Assembly (NCBI GenBank): GCA_977017645.1
Contig: OZ360226.1
Coordinates: 123,566,001-123,630,000, forward strand
Length of the DNA: 64,000 bases
Source of the DNA: Torpedo marmorata
Lineage: Eukaryota
Direction: 5' to 3'
Positions 12,480-25,160 of the stretch are shown here, in pieces (position 1 is the stretch's first letter; the number at the start of each line of letters is the position of its first letter). The position numbers and the translations under genes are program-made. The notes beneath the pieces are model-generated. The model did not search any database. It saw only the letters and a list, made by a program, of their open reading frames with translations, and had not been told where the DNA came from.

Positions 12480-12990
12480 TGGATTGTGTGCAGTTCTTGT
12501 CTCTATGCCACAGGAAAGATATGATTGCACTGAGAAGAGTGCAGAGGAGATTCACCACAAAGTGGTCTCGATTGGAGAATTTTAGATATGGGAAGAGATA
12601 AGATAGGCTGGATTTATTTTACCTACAGCGAAGGAGGCCGAGGAGTGATCTGATAGAAGTATTTAAGATTATGAGATGCACCATGGAAGGGGTATCAAAA
12701 ACAACAGGGCATAGGTTTAAGCTGAGGAGAACAAGTTGTAAGAGGAATCTAAATGGTGTTTTTTTTTCATAGAGAGTGGTTGTTATCTGGAGCCCACAGC
12801 CAGAGAAGGTGGTGGAATCAGATACAATCACTATGCCGAAGAGGCTTGTAGACACAATTAAAAAGCCAAGGCATGGAAAGATATGACCCTAATTCGGGCA
12901 AATGGGACCAATGTAGCTGGGCAAAAAGGTTACATGGAGATATGAGCCGACAGGCCTGTTTCTCTGCTGTACAACTTTATGACTTTAATT
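12480..12990 (+). mobile_element. CR1 LINE 3'-end fragment
   Basis: ttgtgtgcagttc...agagtgcagaggagattcacc...gatctgatagaagtatttaagattatgaga (CVQF..., RVQRRFT, DLIEVFKIMR) and tail gccgacaggcctgtttctctgctgtacaactttatgact. Confidence 0.75.
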
Positions 12991-14804
12991 CTGTTTTGTA
13001 GCACCTGCACATACGAGTACATCCTGGCTTATCAAGCTAGAACTGAAAAAATGGTTGCAGTTTATTCTCTAATGTCCTGAATCCATGAGTATATTTGCTT
13101 CCAAATTAAAAAGGTATCAAAATCATTTCATCTGTATATGATAAAGGAGACAAAATAATTCAAATAAATCTTGATTATTGTTATAAAGATGCAAATATAG
13201 CTGAATCATGGTTAGTTGTATTCTAAATAATATGAATTTCTGTAAAATGAACATGAACATTTTGTTTTGGGGGGGGGGGGCGTTGAGTAAACATATTCAG
13301 TTGTGGCCCGCCAACAACATCCTAAAAAGCAGTAAAATCTGTATCAGTTGTGCTTTAAGTTAAACCCACGAATGATACAAAATGAAGAACATTCACAATG
13401 TTGCCATGAACCCTTTTATGCTCCCACTGAGGTGAGCTACTGAGCCAGAAAACTATATAAAATGACTAAATTATACATGAAGATGAAAGCCTTGTATTGA
13501 AGTTATTACTCTATGCTGTTAAAATAAGATTTGAAAGCTTCAGGTTTCTAATGTATTTGCTGAACTAACTTCTTTCTGGACATGTTCAAGAGTGTCTAAA
13601 AAAAACATTGTCCTTCTTCCCATATCCTATTGCTATATTAACATAAAATATTAGGTCTGGTTTCTGAAAGATTAGTTATTATATGCTGAATGTTTGATTA
13701 TGATACAGCCTTGAATTATCACACACTTTGTCATGTCCTCCTGCCTTTCATCTTTGATAATTATTTCTGAATATCTGTAATGACCCAAACAGCGAATTCA
13801 AGCCACAATAAATCTCCGGGCTATAACTCAGAATGGCAGACTATTCATCAGAAAGGCAATCTGTAGAAATAATTAGCTCTCTTGACTTTCACTTCCTTCT
13901 TCCCAATCGTACACAATGACAAAAATATGGTGGTCAAGGTTTATACAAAGCAGGCTAAATTTATTATTCACATCTCCAATCAATCATTGCAAGGCATACT
14001 TGAAAAACGAATTTGCTGTTAAACATTGATAACCATAAACTGCCAGAAATGATTGTTGTTTTGTCCATCTTCACCCACCTTATATCGTGTAAAATTTTAA
14101 CATTGATTATTTATACAATTTATACAATTGGAGTAATTCACTTCCCCATGGAACTAGCCCAGTCCATCAAATTATGTATTTTTATTTAAAAAGGTGGAAA
14201 AAAGGAAAGGAGTCCTGAGCATTTAAATCATTGCTCTTATTATCTGTCTGCCACACAATGAATTTAACATTTTCCATGTGCAAGAAATTTATTTTATTTA
14301 TTAATAATTTTGTTTATTTTTCAGCTTTTTCCAATAAGTGAAAGAATGCCTACAAAACAATGTTATTACACAATATTTGACAGAGTAAGACAATGTAACA
14401 GTGAAACATGGAAGCAGAATGCCATGTTTTGTTGATTTATAATAATGGGAAATGCTGATTTACAAAGGGAAAATAAATTGAGCTATCAATTTTTTTGGCA
14501 GAACCTCTGAAACTTCAAAACTAAAGCTTGCTCTAGGCTATAATATTTCTATATACATTACAACAAAGATAAACTGAGCATGTGTAACGGCCTTGGAAAT
14601 TATTTCTTGCACAATTATGGTCAAAGTTTATAATATCTCACATCAATTCACATCCTTTCGTCAAATAAACTGAACCATAACAAAGGAATCTTAAAGCTGA
14701 CATACCTTATGCTACTTATCTCAATTTGTACAATGTACAGACTATATTTGGTATCAACCTTCACTGGAGTTCAACTTGAATAATGAAAAGATCTCTTAAT
14801 TTAA

Positions 14805-15040
14805 GGGCGGCATGGTTGGTGTTAGCGCAACGCCTTTACAGCGCCAGCGATCGGGACTGGGGTTCAAATCCCGCGCTGTCTGTAAGGAGTTTGTAAGTTC
14901 TCCCCGTGTCTGCGTGTGTTTTTCCCCTGGGGCTCCGGTTTCCTCCCACCGTTCGAAAAGTACCGGGGGTGTAGGTTAATTGGGTGTAAATTCGGCGGCA
15001 CGGGCTCGTGGGCCGTGCTGTATGTCTAAATTTAAAAAAA
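14805..15040 (+). mobile_element. V-SINE/HE1-like SINE
   Basis: tRNA-derived head with A-box-like and B-box (ggttcaaatccc) motifs, V core (gttctccccgtgtctgcgtg...ctccggtttcctcccac), CR1-like 3' tail gtgctgtatgtctaaattt. Confidence 0.85.
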
Positions 15041-15084
15041 AATAAAAACAGTAAGCTAAAACTCAGTTGTGGCACAAAATCAAA

Positions 15085-15375
15085 ACAAGTTGTGCAAGTT
15101 TGCAGATGATACAAAGATTGGTGGAGTTGTGGATAGTGTAGAGTGTTATCGAAGAATACAACAGGATATGGATGAGTTACAAATATGGGAAGAGACATGG
15201 CAGATGGATTTTAATCTAGACGAGTGTGAGGTGTTGCACGTTGGGAGGTCAAATGCAAGGGGAATAAATGGTATGGCTCTTAAAAATATTAATATGCAGA
15301 AGGATCTGAGAGTCCAGGTCCAGAGCTCATTGAAAGTGGCCATGCAAGCAGATAGGATGGTAAAGAAGGAGTATT
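15085..15375 (+). mobile_element. CR1 RT fragment (resumes ~15690-15735)
   Basis: [14 protein letters not shown]...WQMDFNLDECEVLHVG...KDLRVQVQSSLKV. Confidence 0.75.
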
Positions 15376-15424
15376 GATAAAGGTGTAGTGGTAAAGGGCA
15401 TTGTACTTTAACACACAATGCCCC

Positions 15425-15680
15425 GCCCAAACTACTTTCTAAGGAGTCTGAGGAGATTTGGCATGTCGTTGGATGCTATCAAACTTCTACAGATGCACTG
15501 CGGAAAGTATACAGATTGGTTGCATCAGAACCTGCTTTGGAAATTCAAGTGCCCAGGAATGCAAAAGGCAATTTACTATTATATATATATTTTTTACAAA
15601 TACCTGTTTGGCTGCAGCAAGTAAGAATTTTGGAACATATGTGCATTGTACAATGTATATGACAATAAACTCATCATCAT
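15425..15680 (+). mobile_element. Rex1/Babar LINE 3' fragment
   Basis: YFLRSLRRFGMS...NFYRCTAESI.IGCI..FGNSSAQ and tail atgacaataaactcatcatcat. Confidence 0.65.
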
Positions 15681-16581
15681 TAAAAGTCAGTAAGTCATGT
15701 TGCAGCTATACAAAACTTTGGTTAGGCCACACTTACTGTAAGGAGTGCCGGATAATACTAATGGTGACTCTTTGTCTGCCTTACGGCAGGCAGAAGGAAA
15801 TTTTGTATAATATTACATCTTCTGTATTATTACATGACAATAAACTCCAGCATCCTTGGGCTGCTCTACTAGTCAGAGTCTACTCAAAATTCCTACCATC
15901 TGGATGGCTGTACCTGATATACTGCAGTTTACTGCTCACTGAAATATTCCAATGTTAAAAGTTAGAGGACAAGTGATAACTTCTACTTTGACTGAGGACA
16001 CACGATACAGTAGGTTAATAGATATGTCATCACTCGAGGTTTAACAAAGTTCAAGCTTCAGTTCACGGATGCAAAAATCACTGTGTTAGGGGTCTAATGA
16101 TAAACCCCCTAAAATTATGCTTCTTTGCCTGAAAATTACTTCAATCCTCCATAGATCCCTCCGTGAAGGCTCCTCAAAGTAAGTCAGGGTTGAGTCTCAT
16201 CATCATGGCAACTTTCTGCCCATTGTAGTTGATATAATTCTGAAGGCAAGCACAATCTTCTTATGTAACTGTTCCTTCCATTACGATTCCTTGTCTACTT
16301 TGATCAACTGTTATACTCAGGGTGGGGGTTTGGAGTTTGGAATCAATTGGCTCAGGATCAATTCCAACAAAAAGTGGTAGTCGAAAAGATATATATCAAC
16401 TTTAATTCCAATCCAAAATTTACAGTGATATTATCCTAAGGCATAATGGGCAAATATATGAAACAAATTGCCATTGATATCTCCATGGCATTAATTACTT
16501 CCAGGGACAAGGTCTTAAAAGATGCCTTTTCAGCTGTGCAATCTGCCTCAAAAAGCTACATAAGCACTGTGTTCTAAGTCA

Positions 16582-18128
16582 GCAGTATTAAAGATCTGTG
16601 CAGATCAACTTACCAAGGTATTCACGGATATCTTCAATATCTCACTCCAGCAGGGCGTGGTACCCACCTGTTTCAAACAGGCGTCAATCATACCGGTGCC
16701 CAAGAAGAGTGCAGTAACCTGCCTTAACGACTATCGACCAGTTGCACTTACATCAATGGTGATGAAGTGTTTTGAAAGGCTGGTGTTAAGCATATCAGCT
16801 CCTGTCTGAGCGGTGACATGGATCCACTCCAGTTCGCCTATCACGGCAACAAGTCTACGGCGGATGCCATCTCACTGGCCCTACACAAAGCCCTGGAACA
16901 CCTGTACAGCAAAGATGCATACATCAGGATGCTCTTTATCGACTACAGTTCGGCATTTAACACCATCATCCCCTCAAAACTGATCAGCAAACTCCAAGAC
17001 CTGGGAGTTAACACCCCACTGCGTAATTGGATCATGGATTTCCTCACCTCCAGACCACAATCAGTGAAGATTGGTAAGAACTTCTCCTCCACAATCTCCA
17101 TCAGTACCGGAGCACCACAGGGCTGTGTTCTTAGCCCCCTGCTCTACTCACTTTACACCTACGACTGTGTAGCTCAGTATAACAATAACACCATCTACAA
17201 ATTTGCCGACAATACCATGGTAGTAGGTTGTATAAAGGAAGGGGATTAGTCAGCATACAGGATGGAGATTGGAAACCTGGCTGAATGGTGTACCAAAAAC
17301 AACCTTGCACTCAATGTCACCAAAACTAAGGAGCTGATTGTTGACTTCAGGAAAGGAAAGCCAGAGGTATACAATCCAGTGATCATTGGGGGATCAGGGG
17401 TGGAGAGGGTGAGCAAATTTAGGAGGATCTTTCCTGGACCCAACACACCAATGGCATCGTGAAGAAAGCACGTCAGTGCCTCTACTTCCTCAGGAGCTTG
17501 CAGAGGTTTGGTATGACACCAGAAACCCTGGCAAATTTCTACAGATGTGTGGTGGAAAGTATGCTGACCGGCTGCATCACGGTCTGGTATGGGAACACCA
17601 ATACTCCTGAGCGTAAAACCCTCCAAAAGATAGTGGACACAGCCCAGGACATTACTGGCAAAACCCTCCCCACTATTGAGTACATCAACAGGGAACGCTT
17701 CCGTCGGAGGGCAGCAGCAATCATCAAAGACCCACACCACACAGTGCACGCTCAGTTCTCGCTGCTGTCATCAGAAGAGAGGTATAGGTGCCACCAGACT
17801 CACATCACCAGGTTTAGGAACAGCTGCTACCCCTCTACCATCAGAGTCCTCAACGACAAAGTCAAATCAGAGACTCATTTAAGGACTCTTACTCGTGCAC
17901 TTTATTGATTTTTCTTTGCTCTCTCTGTATTGCACAGTCAGTTTCATTTTCAGTTTCATTTGTTACCTGTTAGCAGTTCTTTTGATTGTTTACATGTTTA
18001 CGCTGTGTACAGTTTACTTTTTGCACTACCAATTAGTGGTAATTCTGCTGTGCCCGCAGGAAAAAAGAATCGCAGGGTTGTATGTGACATCATGTATGTA
18101 CTCTGACAATAAATCTGAAATCTAAATC
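16582..18128 (+). mobile_element. Rex1/Babar LINE, 5'-truncated (RT plus 3' UTR)
   Basis: MDPLQFAY...[17 protein letters not shown]...[21 protein letters not shown]...KFADN; LALNVTKTKELIVDFRK; tail gacaataaatctgaaatct; frameshifted. Confidence 0.9.
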
Positions 18129-18771
18129 AAAGGAAATGAAGGCAACACTTTGTGGCTTTCAAGTTTGCATTTAAAGTGATTATTAATGGATCTGCTGGTG
18201 TGACATTTTAAGTCCCTGACCATTGTCTGGGAAGAAAATATTGAGAATGATAGATCAATGAGTGTGAAGCCACTATGATGACTATTGAAGCACTCATTTT
18301 GAGCTTGATCCTTCTAAATTTCCCATTCCAATGCTAAAGATCTCTAAAAGGATGACAGACTCAATGGCATGGATTATCTATGAATAGAATGCCATAATAT
18401 CAAAGTGCGAGCAGTGCATGATGATAATGGGAACTCATTTTTCATTGGAGACAGAGGGCAAAGGTTAGGTCAATGTCAGTGAATTTGAATCTCCTGCGAA
18501 TATAGCTAACCTTCTTCACCCTCATACAGGGGGAGGCAATGTTTTGTGTTTTCTTATTCATCCATGATGCAAAGGCTGCTTCTTACTTTGTGGTTTATAG
18601 TAAGTACAGACGCATCTGTTCAAAGCACTGACCCATCTCTGCCGACCATGGCCATATTGTGCTTGTTTTCCATGTGGGATTCATTATGCTATTACACTAT
18701 AGTGCCCTTACTGTGGCTGGCCGCTGGCATCAAGCTGCAAGAAGGTTTCCCTCAACAAAACATTCCTCTTT

Positions 18772-19975
18772 CTCTGCAATTCGCCTATCGTCACAATCGC
18801 TCCACAGCAGATGCAATATCACTGGCTCTCCACTCAGCTCTGGATCACCTCAAAAACAGCAATTCATACATACGGCTGCTCTTCATCGACTACAGCTCAG
18901 CCTTCAATACCATTATTCCCTCAGTGCTGGTCAAGAAGCTACAAACTTTAGGCCTCTGTACCCCTCTGCAACTGGATCCTTGACTTTCTCAACGGAAGAC
19001 CACAGTCAGTACAAATTGGAAACAACGTCTCCACCTCACTGATTATCAACACAGGCGCACCCCAAGGATGCGTGCTTAGCCCACTGCTCTACTCGTTATA
19101 CACCCATGACTGTGTGGCCAGGCACAATTCCAATGCCATCTACAAGTTTGCCGATGACACCACAGTTGTCGGCAGAATCACAAACGGCAATGAGGAAGCG
19201 TACAGGAGGGAGATAGATCAGCTCGTTGAATGGTGTAACGACAACAACCTTGCACTCAACGTCAGCAAAACCAAGGAGATGATTGTGGACTTCAGGAGGA
19301 AGTCAGGGGAACACGACCCAGTCCTCATCGAGAGCTCAGTAGTGGAGAGGGTCAAGAACTTCAAATTCCTGGGTGTCAACATCTCCGAGGATCTGTCCTG
19401 GAGCCTCAACATTGATGCAATCACAAAGAAGGCTCGCCAGCGGCTATACTTTGTGAGGTGTCTGAGGAGATTCGGTATGTCACCGAAGACTCTCGTAAAC
19501 CTCTATAGGTGTACCGTGGAGAGCATTCTGGCTGGTTCCATCACTGCCTGGTATGGAGGCGCCAACTCTCAGGACAAGAATAAACTCCAGAGGGTTGTTA
19601 ACTCGGCCTGTGACATCACAGGCACCAGACTTCACTCCATCGAGGACATCTATACGAGACGGTGTCATAAAAAGCAGCCTCTGTCCTCAAAGACCCCCAG
19701 GCCATGCCCTCTTCACTCTGCTACCATCGGGAAAAAGGTGCAGGAGCGTAAAGTCGAGCACTCAACGGCACAAGGACAGCTTCTTCCCCGCTGCCATCAG
19801 ATTCCTGAATAATCAATGAACCAAAGACACTGACTTACTTTTCGTGCACTATTATTTAGATATTTTTTTTATAGTTATGTTGTAAGATGGTTATAATATG
19901 AATGTTTGCACTATAATGCTGCTGCAAAACACCGAATTTCATGATTTGTTCACGACAATAAATTCTGATTCTGAT
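18772..19975 (+). mobile_element. Rex1/Babar LINE, second subfamily, 5'-truncated
   Basis: [15 protein letters not shown]...[14 protein letters not shown]; [13 protein letters not shown]...[10 protein letters not shown]; tail gacaataaattctgattctgat. Confidence 0.9.
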
Positions 19976-21237
19976 CTGTATTCCCAGATCCCTCTGTTCT
20001 ACCACACTCCTCAGTGCCCTACCATTTACTGTGTATGTCCTTTCTTGGTTTGTCCTTCCAAAATGCAACACCTCACACTTGTCTGCATTCAATTCCATCT
20101 GCCATTTTTCAGCCCATTTTTTCCAGCTGGTCCAGATCCCTCTGCAAGCTTTGAAAACTTTCTTCACTGTCCACAACACCTCCAATCTTAGTGTCATCTG
20201 CAAATTTGCTGATCCAATTTACCACATTATAATCCAGATCATTGATATAGATGATAAACAACAATGGTCCCAGCACTAATCCCTGAGGCACACCACTAGT
20301 TACAGGCCTCCAGTCAGAGAAGCAATCATCCACCACTACTCTCTGGCTTCTCCCGTCCAGCCATTATCGAATCCAGTTCACTACTTCACCATGAATACCT
20401 AGCGTTTGAACCTTCCTGACTAACCTCCCATGCGGGACCTTGTCAAAGGCCTTACTAAGGTCTATGTACACAACAACCACAGCCTTTCCTTCATCAACTT
20501 TCCTGGTAACCTCTTCGAACAACTCTAAGAATGGTTAAACATGACCTACCACGCACAAAGCCATGTTGACTATCCCTAATCAGTCCATGGCTATCCAAAT
20601 AATTGTATATCCGATTTCTTCGAACACCTTCAAATAATTTACCTTCTACTGACGTCAGGCTCACTGGCCTTTAATTTCCAGGGTTACTTTGAAGCCTTTT
20701 TTAAACAACGGAACAACGTGAGCTACCCTCCAATCCTCCGGCACCACACCCATAGCTAAGGACATTTTAAATATTTCTGCCAGAGCCCCTGCAATTTCTA
20801 CACTAGCCTCCATCAAGGTCCGAGGGAATATCTAATCAGGCCCTGGGGATTTATCCACCCTTATTTGCTTTAAGACAGCAAGCACTTCCTCTTCTTTAAC
20901 CTGTATAGGTTCCATGACCTCACTGCTTGTTTTCCTTACTTCACACGACTCTGTGCCCTTTTCTTGAGTGAATACTGATGAAAAAAAACCATTTAAGACC
21001 TCTCCCATCTCTTTTGGCTCCATACAAAGCCGACCACTCTGATCTTCAAGGGGACCAATTTTGTACCTTACTATCCTTTTGCTCTTAATATACCTGTAGA
21101 AACCCTTTGGATTTTCCTTCACATTGTCTGCCAAAGCAACCTCATGTCTTCTTTTAGCCTTCCTGATTTCTTTCTTGGTTTTTCTTGCATTTTTTATATT
21201 CCTCAAGTACCTCATTTGCTCCATTTTGCCTATACCT
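19973..21237 (-). mobile_element. CR1 LINE (RT half), interrupted by another CR1; 5' half at 24326-25112
   Basis: Minus ORFs: KENPKGFYRYIKSKR...DKSPGPD; VTSGVPQGLVLGPLLF...[10 protein letters not shown]; WQMELNADKCEVLHFG. Confidence 0.9.
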
Positions 21238-24200
21238 GTTGGGGAAGGTTTAAACTAGTGGGGCAGGGGAATGGGAACCTACAATGAAAAAATGAGGAAG
21301 GTGGTACAGAGACCAAAGAAAGTGTTAGGAAAAAGACAAAGAGACATAGAGGGCAGAAAAATCAAAATCAAAAGCAAAGGATACAGAAGTCACTAGATTC
21401 TAAAAGGTCAATGAGCATAAGGGCACTTTATCTGAATGCCCGCAGTATTAGAAACAAGGTTAGTGAACGAGGCGCAAATCGGTACCCAGGCATATGATTT
21501 AGTGGCCATCACAGAAACATGGCTACAAGACGACCATGATTGGGAATAAAACTTTCAAGGGTATCAGGTAGTACTAAAGGATAGACAGGATGGTAAGGGA
21601 GGAGGTGTGGCGCTCTTAATCAAGGATGAGTTCAAGGCAATAGTGAGAGACAAATATAAGATCTAAGGAACATAATGTTGAGTCCATCTGGGTGGAGATT
21701 AAGAATAACAAAGGGAAAAAAATCACTGGTGGGTGTTGTCTATCGCCCACCAAATAACAATAGTATAGTGGCACAGGCAATAAACAGAGAGATAAGTGAG
21801 GCATGTAAGAATGGAACGGCAGTTGTCGTGGGGGACTTTAACTACCACGTAGATTGGGAAAATCAAGTTGGTCGTGGGAGTCTGGAAGAAGACTTCATAG
21901 AATGCATCCGTGATAGCTTTCTTGAGCAGCATGTTAAGGAACCAACAAGAGTCAATGCTATTTTGGATCTAGTATTGTGCAATGAGATAGGTAGAGTAAA
22001 TGATGTAATAGTTAGGGACCCTCTTGGAAATAGCGATCATAGTATTAATGAATTTCTCATACAGATGGAGGGGGAAATAGTTAGATCTAAAACTAATGTA
22101 TTATGCTTAAACAGGGGAGACTATCATAGGATGAGTGAGGAATTGGTCAGCGTGGACTGGGAGCACAGGCTAGTTGGTAGAACAGTTGAGGAACAGTGGA
22201 AGATTTTCAAGGAGATTTTTCAAAATCCTCAACAAAAATATATTCCAGTTAAGAATAAGGGCAGCAAGATAGGGAAGAGTCAGCCGTGGTTAACTAAGGA
22301 AATAAAGGAGAGTATAAAATTAAAAGCTCAGGTGTACAAAGTTGCAAAGAGTAGTGGGAAACTGGAAGATTGGGAAAACTTTAAAAGACAACAAGGGACA
22401 ACAAAGCGGGTAATAAGAAAGGGGAGAATGGATTATGAAGGTAAATTGGCACAAAATATAAAAACAGATAGCAAAAATTTTTATAAATATATAAAACGGA
22501 AGAGGGTGGCTAGAGTTAACATAGGACTCTTGGAAGATGAGAAGGGGAAATTGATATTGAATAATGAGGAAATGGCCGAGGCCTTGAACAAATATTTTGT
22601 GTCAGTCTTCACGGTGGAAGACACGTCCAGCATGCTAAAGAGTGGAGATAGGGATGCGAATGTTGGTGAAGGCCTTGATAAAATAGTTGTTACAAAGGAG
22701 ATAGTAATGAACAAACTAATGGGACTAAAGCCGGAGAAATCCCCTGGTCCTGATGAAATGCATCCCAGGGTTCTGAGGGAAATGGCAGAAGTTATAGTCG
22801 ATGCATTGGTGGTCATATACCAAAATTCTCTGGATTCTGGGCAGGTCCCGGCAGATTGGAAGACAGCAAATGTCATGCCACTTTTTAAGAAGGGATGTAG
22901 GCAGAAGACTGGGAACTATCGGCCAATTAGCTTAACGTCTGTGGTTGGGAAAATGCTTGAAGCTGTCATTAAGGATGAAATAGTGAGACATTTAGAACAA
23001 AAGGGTTCAATCAGGCAGACGCAGCATGGGTTTAGGAAGGGCAGATCTTGTTTGACAAACTTGTTAGAGTTCTTTGAGGACATTATGGGTGCGGTAGATA
23101 GAGTGGAACAGGTTGATGTTGTATATTTGGATTTCCAGAAAGCGTTTGATAAGATGCCGCACAAAAGACTTATCAGTAAGTTACAGGTGAATGGAGTTCA
23201 GGGTAGTATATTGGCATGGATTGAGGATTGGTTGTCTGACAGGAGGCAGAGAGTCGGGATAAATGGGTGTTTTTCTGATTGGCAGACAGTGGTAAGTGGG
23301 GTGCTGCAGGGGTCGGTGCTGGGCCCACAACTGTTCATCATTTACATTGATGATTTGGAGGAGGGGACAAAATGTGGTGTAGCCAAGTTTGCGGATGATA
23401 CTAAATTGAGTGAAAGAGCAAATTGTACTGAGGATGTGGAGAGGCTGCAGAGGGATATAGTTAAGTTAGGTGAGTGGGCAAAGGTCTGGCAGATGGAGTA
23501 CAATGTTACTAAGTGCCAGGTTATCCACTTTGGCAAGAAAAATAAAAGAGCAGAGTATTATTTAAATGGTGAAAAGCTGCAGCATGCTGTTGTGCAGAAG
23601 GACTTGGGAGTGCTTGTGCACGAATCGCAAAACGTTGGGTTGCAGGTGCAGCAGGTTATTAAGAAGGCAAATGGAATGTTGGCCTTCATCGCTAGAGGAA
23701 TTGAATTCAGGAGCAAGGAGGTAATGTTGCAACTGTACAAGGTACTGGTAAGACTGCACCTGGAGTACTGTGTGCAGTTCTGGTCTCCATATTTGAGGAA
23801 GAATATACTGGCCTTGGAGGCAGTCCAGAGGAGGTTTACTAGGTTGATCCCTGAGATGAAGGGGTTGACTTATGATGAAAGATTAAAATGTCTGGGATTA
23901 TACTCGCTCGAGTTCAGAAGAATAAGAGGAGATCTTATAGAAACATATAGAATTATGAAGGGGATGGATAGGATAGAGGTAGGAAGGTTTTTTTCACTGG
24001 CGGGTGAGACCAAAACTAGGGGACGCAGCCTCAAGATTCGGGGGAGTAGATTTAGGACAGAGATGATGAAAAACAGTTTTTCCCAAAGAGTGGTGAATTT
24101 GTGGAATTCTCTACCCAGGGAAGTGGTTGAGGCTGCTTCATTGAACATATTTAAGGTTCAGTTGGACAGATGTTTACATAAAAAAGGAATTAGGGGATAT

Positions 24201-24325
24201 GGGGAAAGGGCAGGTAGGAGGAGTTAGGTCATTGATCAGATCAGCCATGATCTTATTGAATGGCGGAGCAGGCTTGATGGGCCGGTTGGCCTACTCCTGT
24301 TCCTAATTTCTTATGTTCTTGTGTT
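21238..24325 (+). mobile_element. Nearly complete CR1 ORF2 element, inserted antisense into an older CR1
   Basis: Starts near the end of ORF1 (gttggggaaggtttaaactag); endonuclease N-terminus (LYLNARSIRNK, AITETWLQ) frameshifted; long ORF to 24227; tail ggcctactcctgttcctaatttcttatgttcttgtg. Confidence 0.92.
21675..24227 (+). pseudogene. CR1 ORF2 (APE endonuclease C-half plus reverse transcriptase), 850 aa, N-terminally frameshifted
   Basis: VYRPP, VVGDFN, LDLVL, SDH (EN); NYRPISLTS, QHGF, YLDFQKAFDK, LQGSVLGP (usual P is L), FADD (RT). Confidence 0.88.
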
Positions 24326-25112
24326 CTTCCGAACCAGATCCCAAATATCCCTCGAAAAGCAAGGTTTCCTATGCCTTTTAACCATGCCTTTGATCCTGAT
24401 AGGAACATACAAACTCTGTATTCTCAAAATTTCACCTTTGAAGGTCCTCCATTTACCCCGCACATCCTTTTCCGAAAACATTTTATCCCAATCCACGCAT
24501 TCTAGATCCTTTCTCATTTCCTCAAAATTGGCTTTTCTCCAATCTCAACCCAAGGCCCAGACCTATCCTTCTCCATAATTAACTTGAAACTAATGGCATT
24601 ATGATCACTGGACCCAAAATGTTCCCCTATACATACTTGTGTCACCTGTCCTGTCTCGTTCCCTAATAGGAGATCCAGTATTGCACTCTCTCTAGTTGGT
24701 ACCTCTGTATATTGATTTAGAAAACTTTTCTGAACACATTTGACAAACTCCAAGCCATCCAGCCCTTTTACAGTATGGGAAGTTAAAATCTACTTTCACA
24801 ACCTTATGTTTTCTGCAGTTGTCTGCTATCTCTCTACAGATTTGCTCCTCCAATTCTCGCTGACTATTTGGCAGTCTATAATACAACCCCATGAGTGTGG
24901 TCATACCTTTCCCGTTCCTCAGCTCCACCCATATAGCCTCAGTAGACGAGCCCTCTGGTCTGTCCTGCCTGAGCACAGCTGTAATATTTACCCTGACGAG
25001 CAATTCCACTCCTCCCCCTTTCATCCCCCCGTTCTATCGAGTTTAAAGCAACGGAAGCCCGGAACATTGAGCTGCCAGTCCTGCCCCTCCTGCAACCAAG
25101 TTTCACTAATGG
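24326..25112 (-). mobile_element. CR1 LINE endonuclease region (5' half of the element at 19973-21237)
   Basis: Minus ORFs: KGGGVELLVR...EAIWVELRN...GLYYRLPNSQR; LDLLLGNE...GSSDHNAISF. Confidence 0.85.
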
Positions 25113-25160
25113 CCATCATCTCTCAAAGCACCTATCGAAAGTAAAGGGTAACCAATGTTT

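Noticed and set aside
14805-14880. tRNA genes at SINE heads (also 35597, 62330)
   Set aside because: A/B boxes run straight into the V-SINE core and LINE-like tail; no full cloverleaf.
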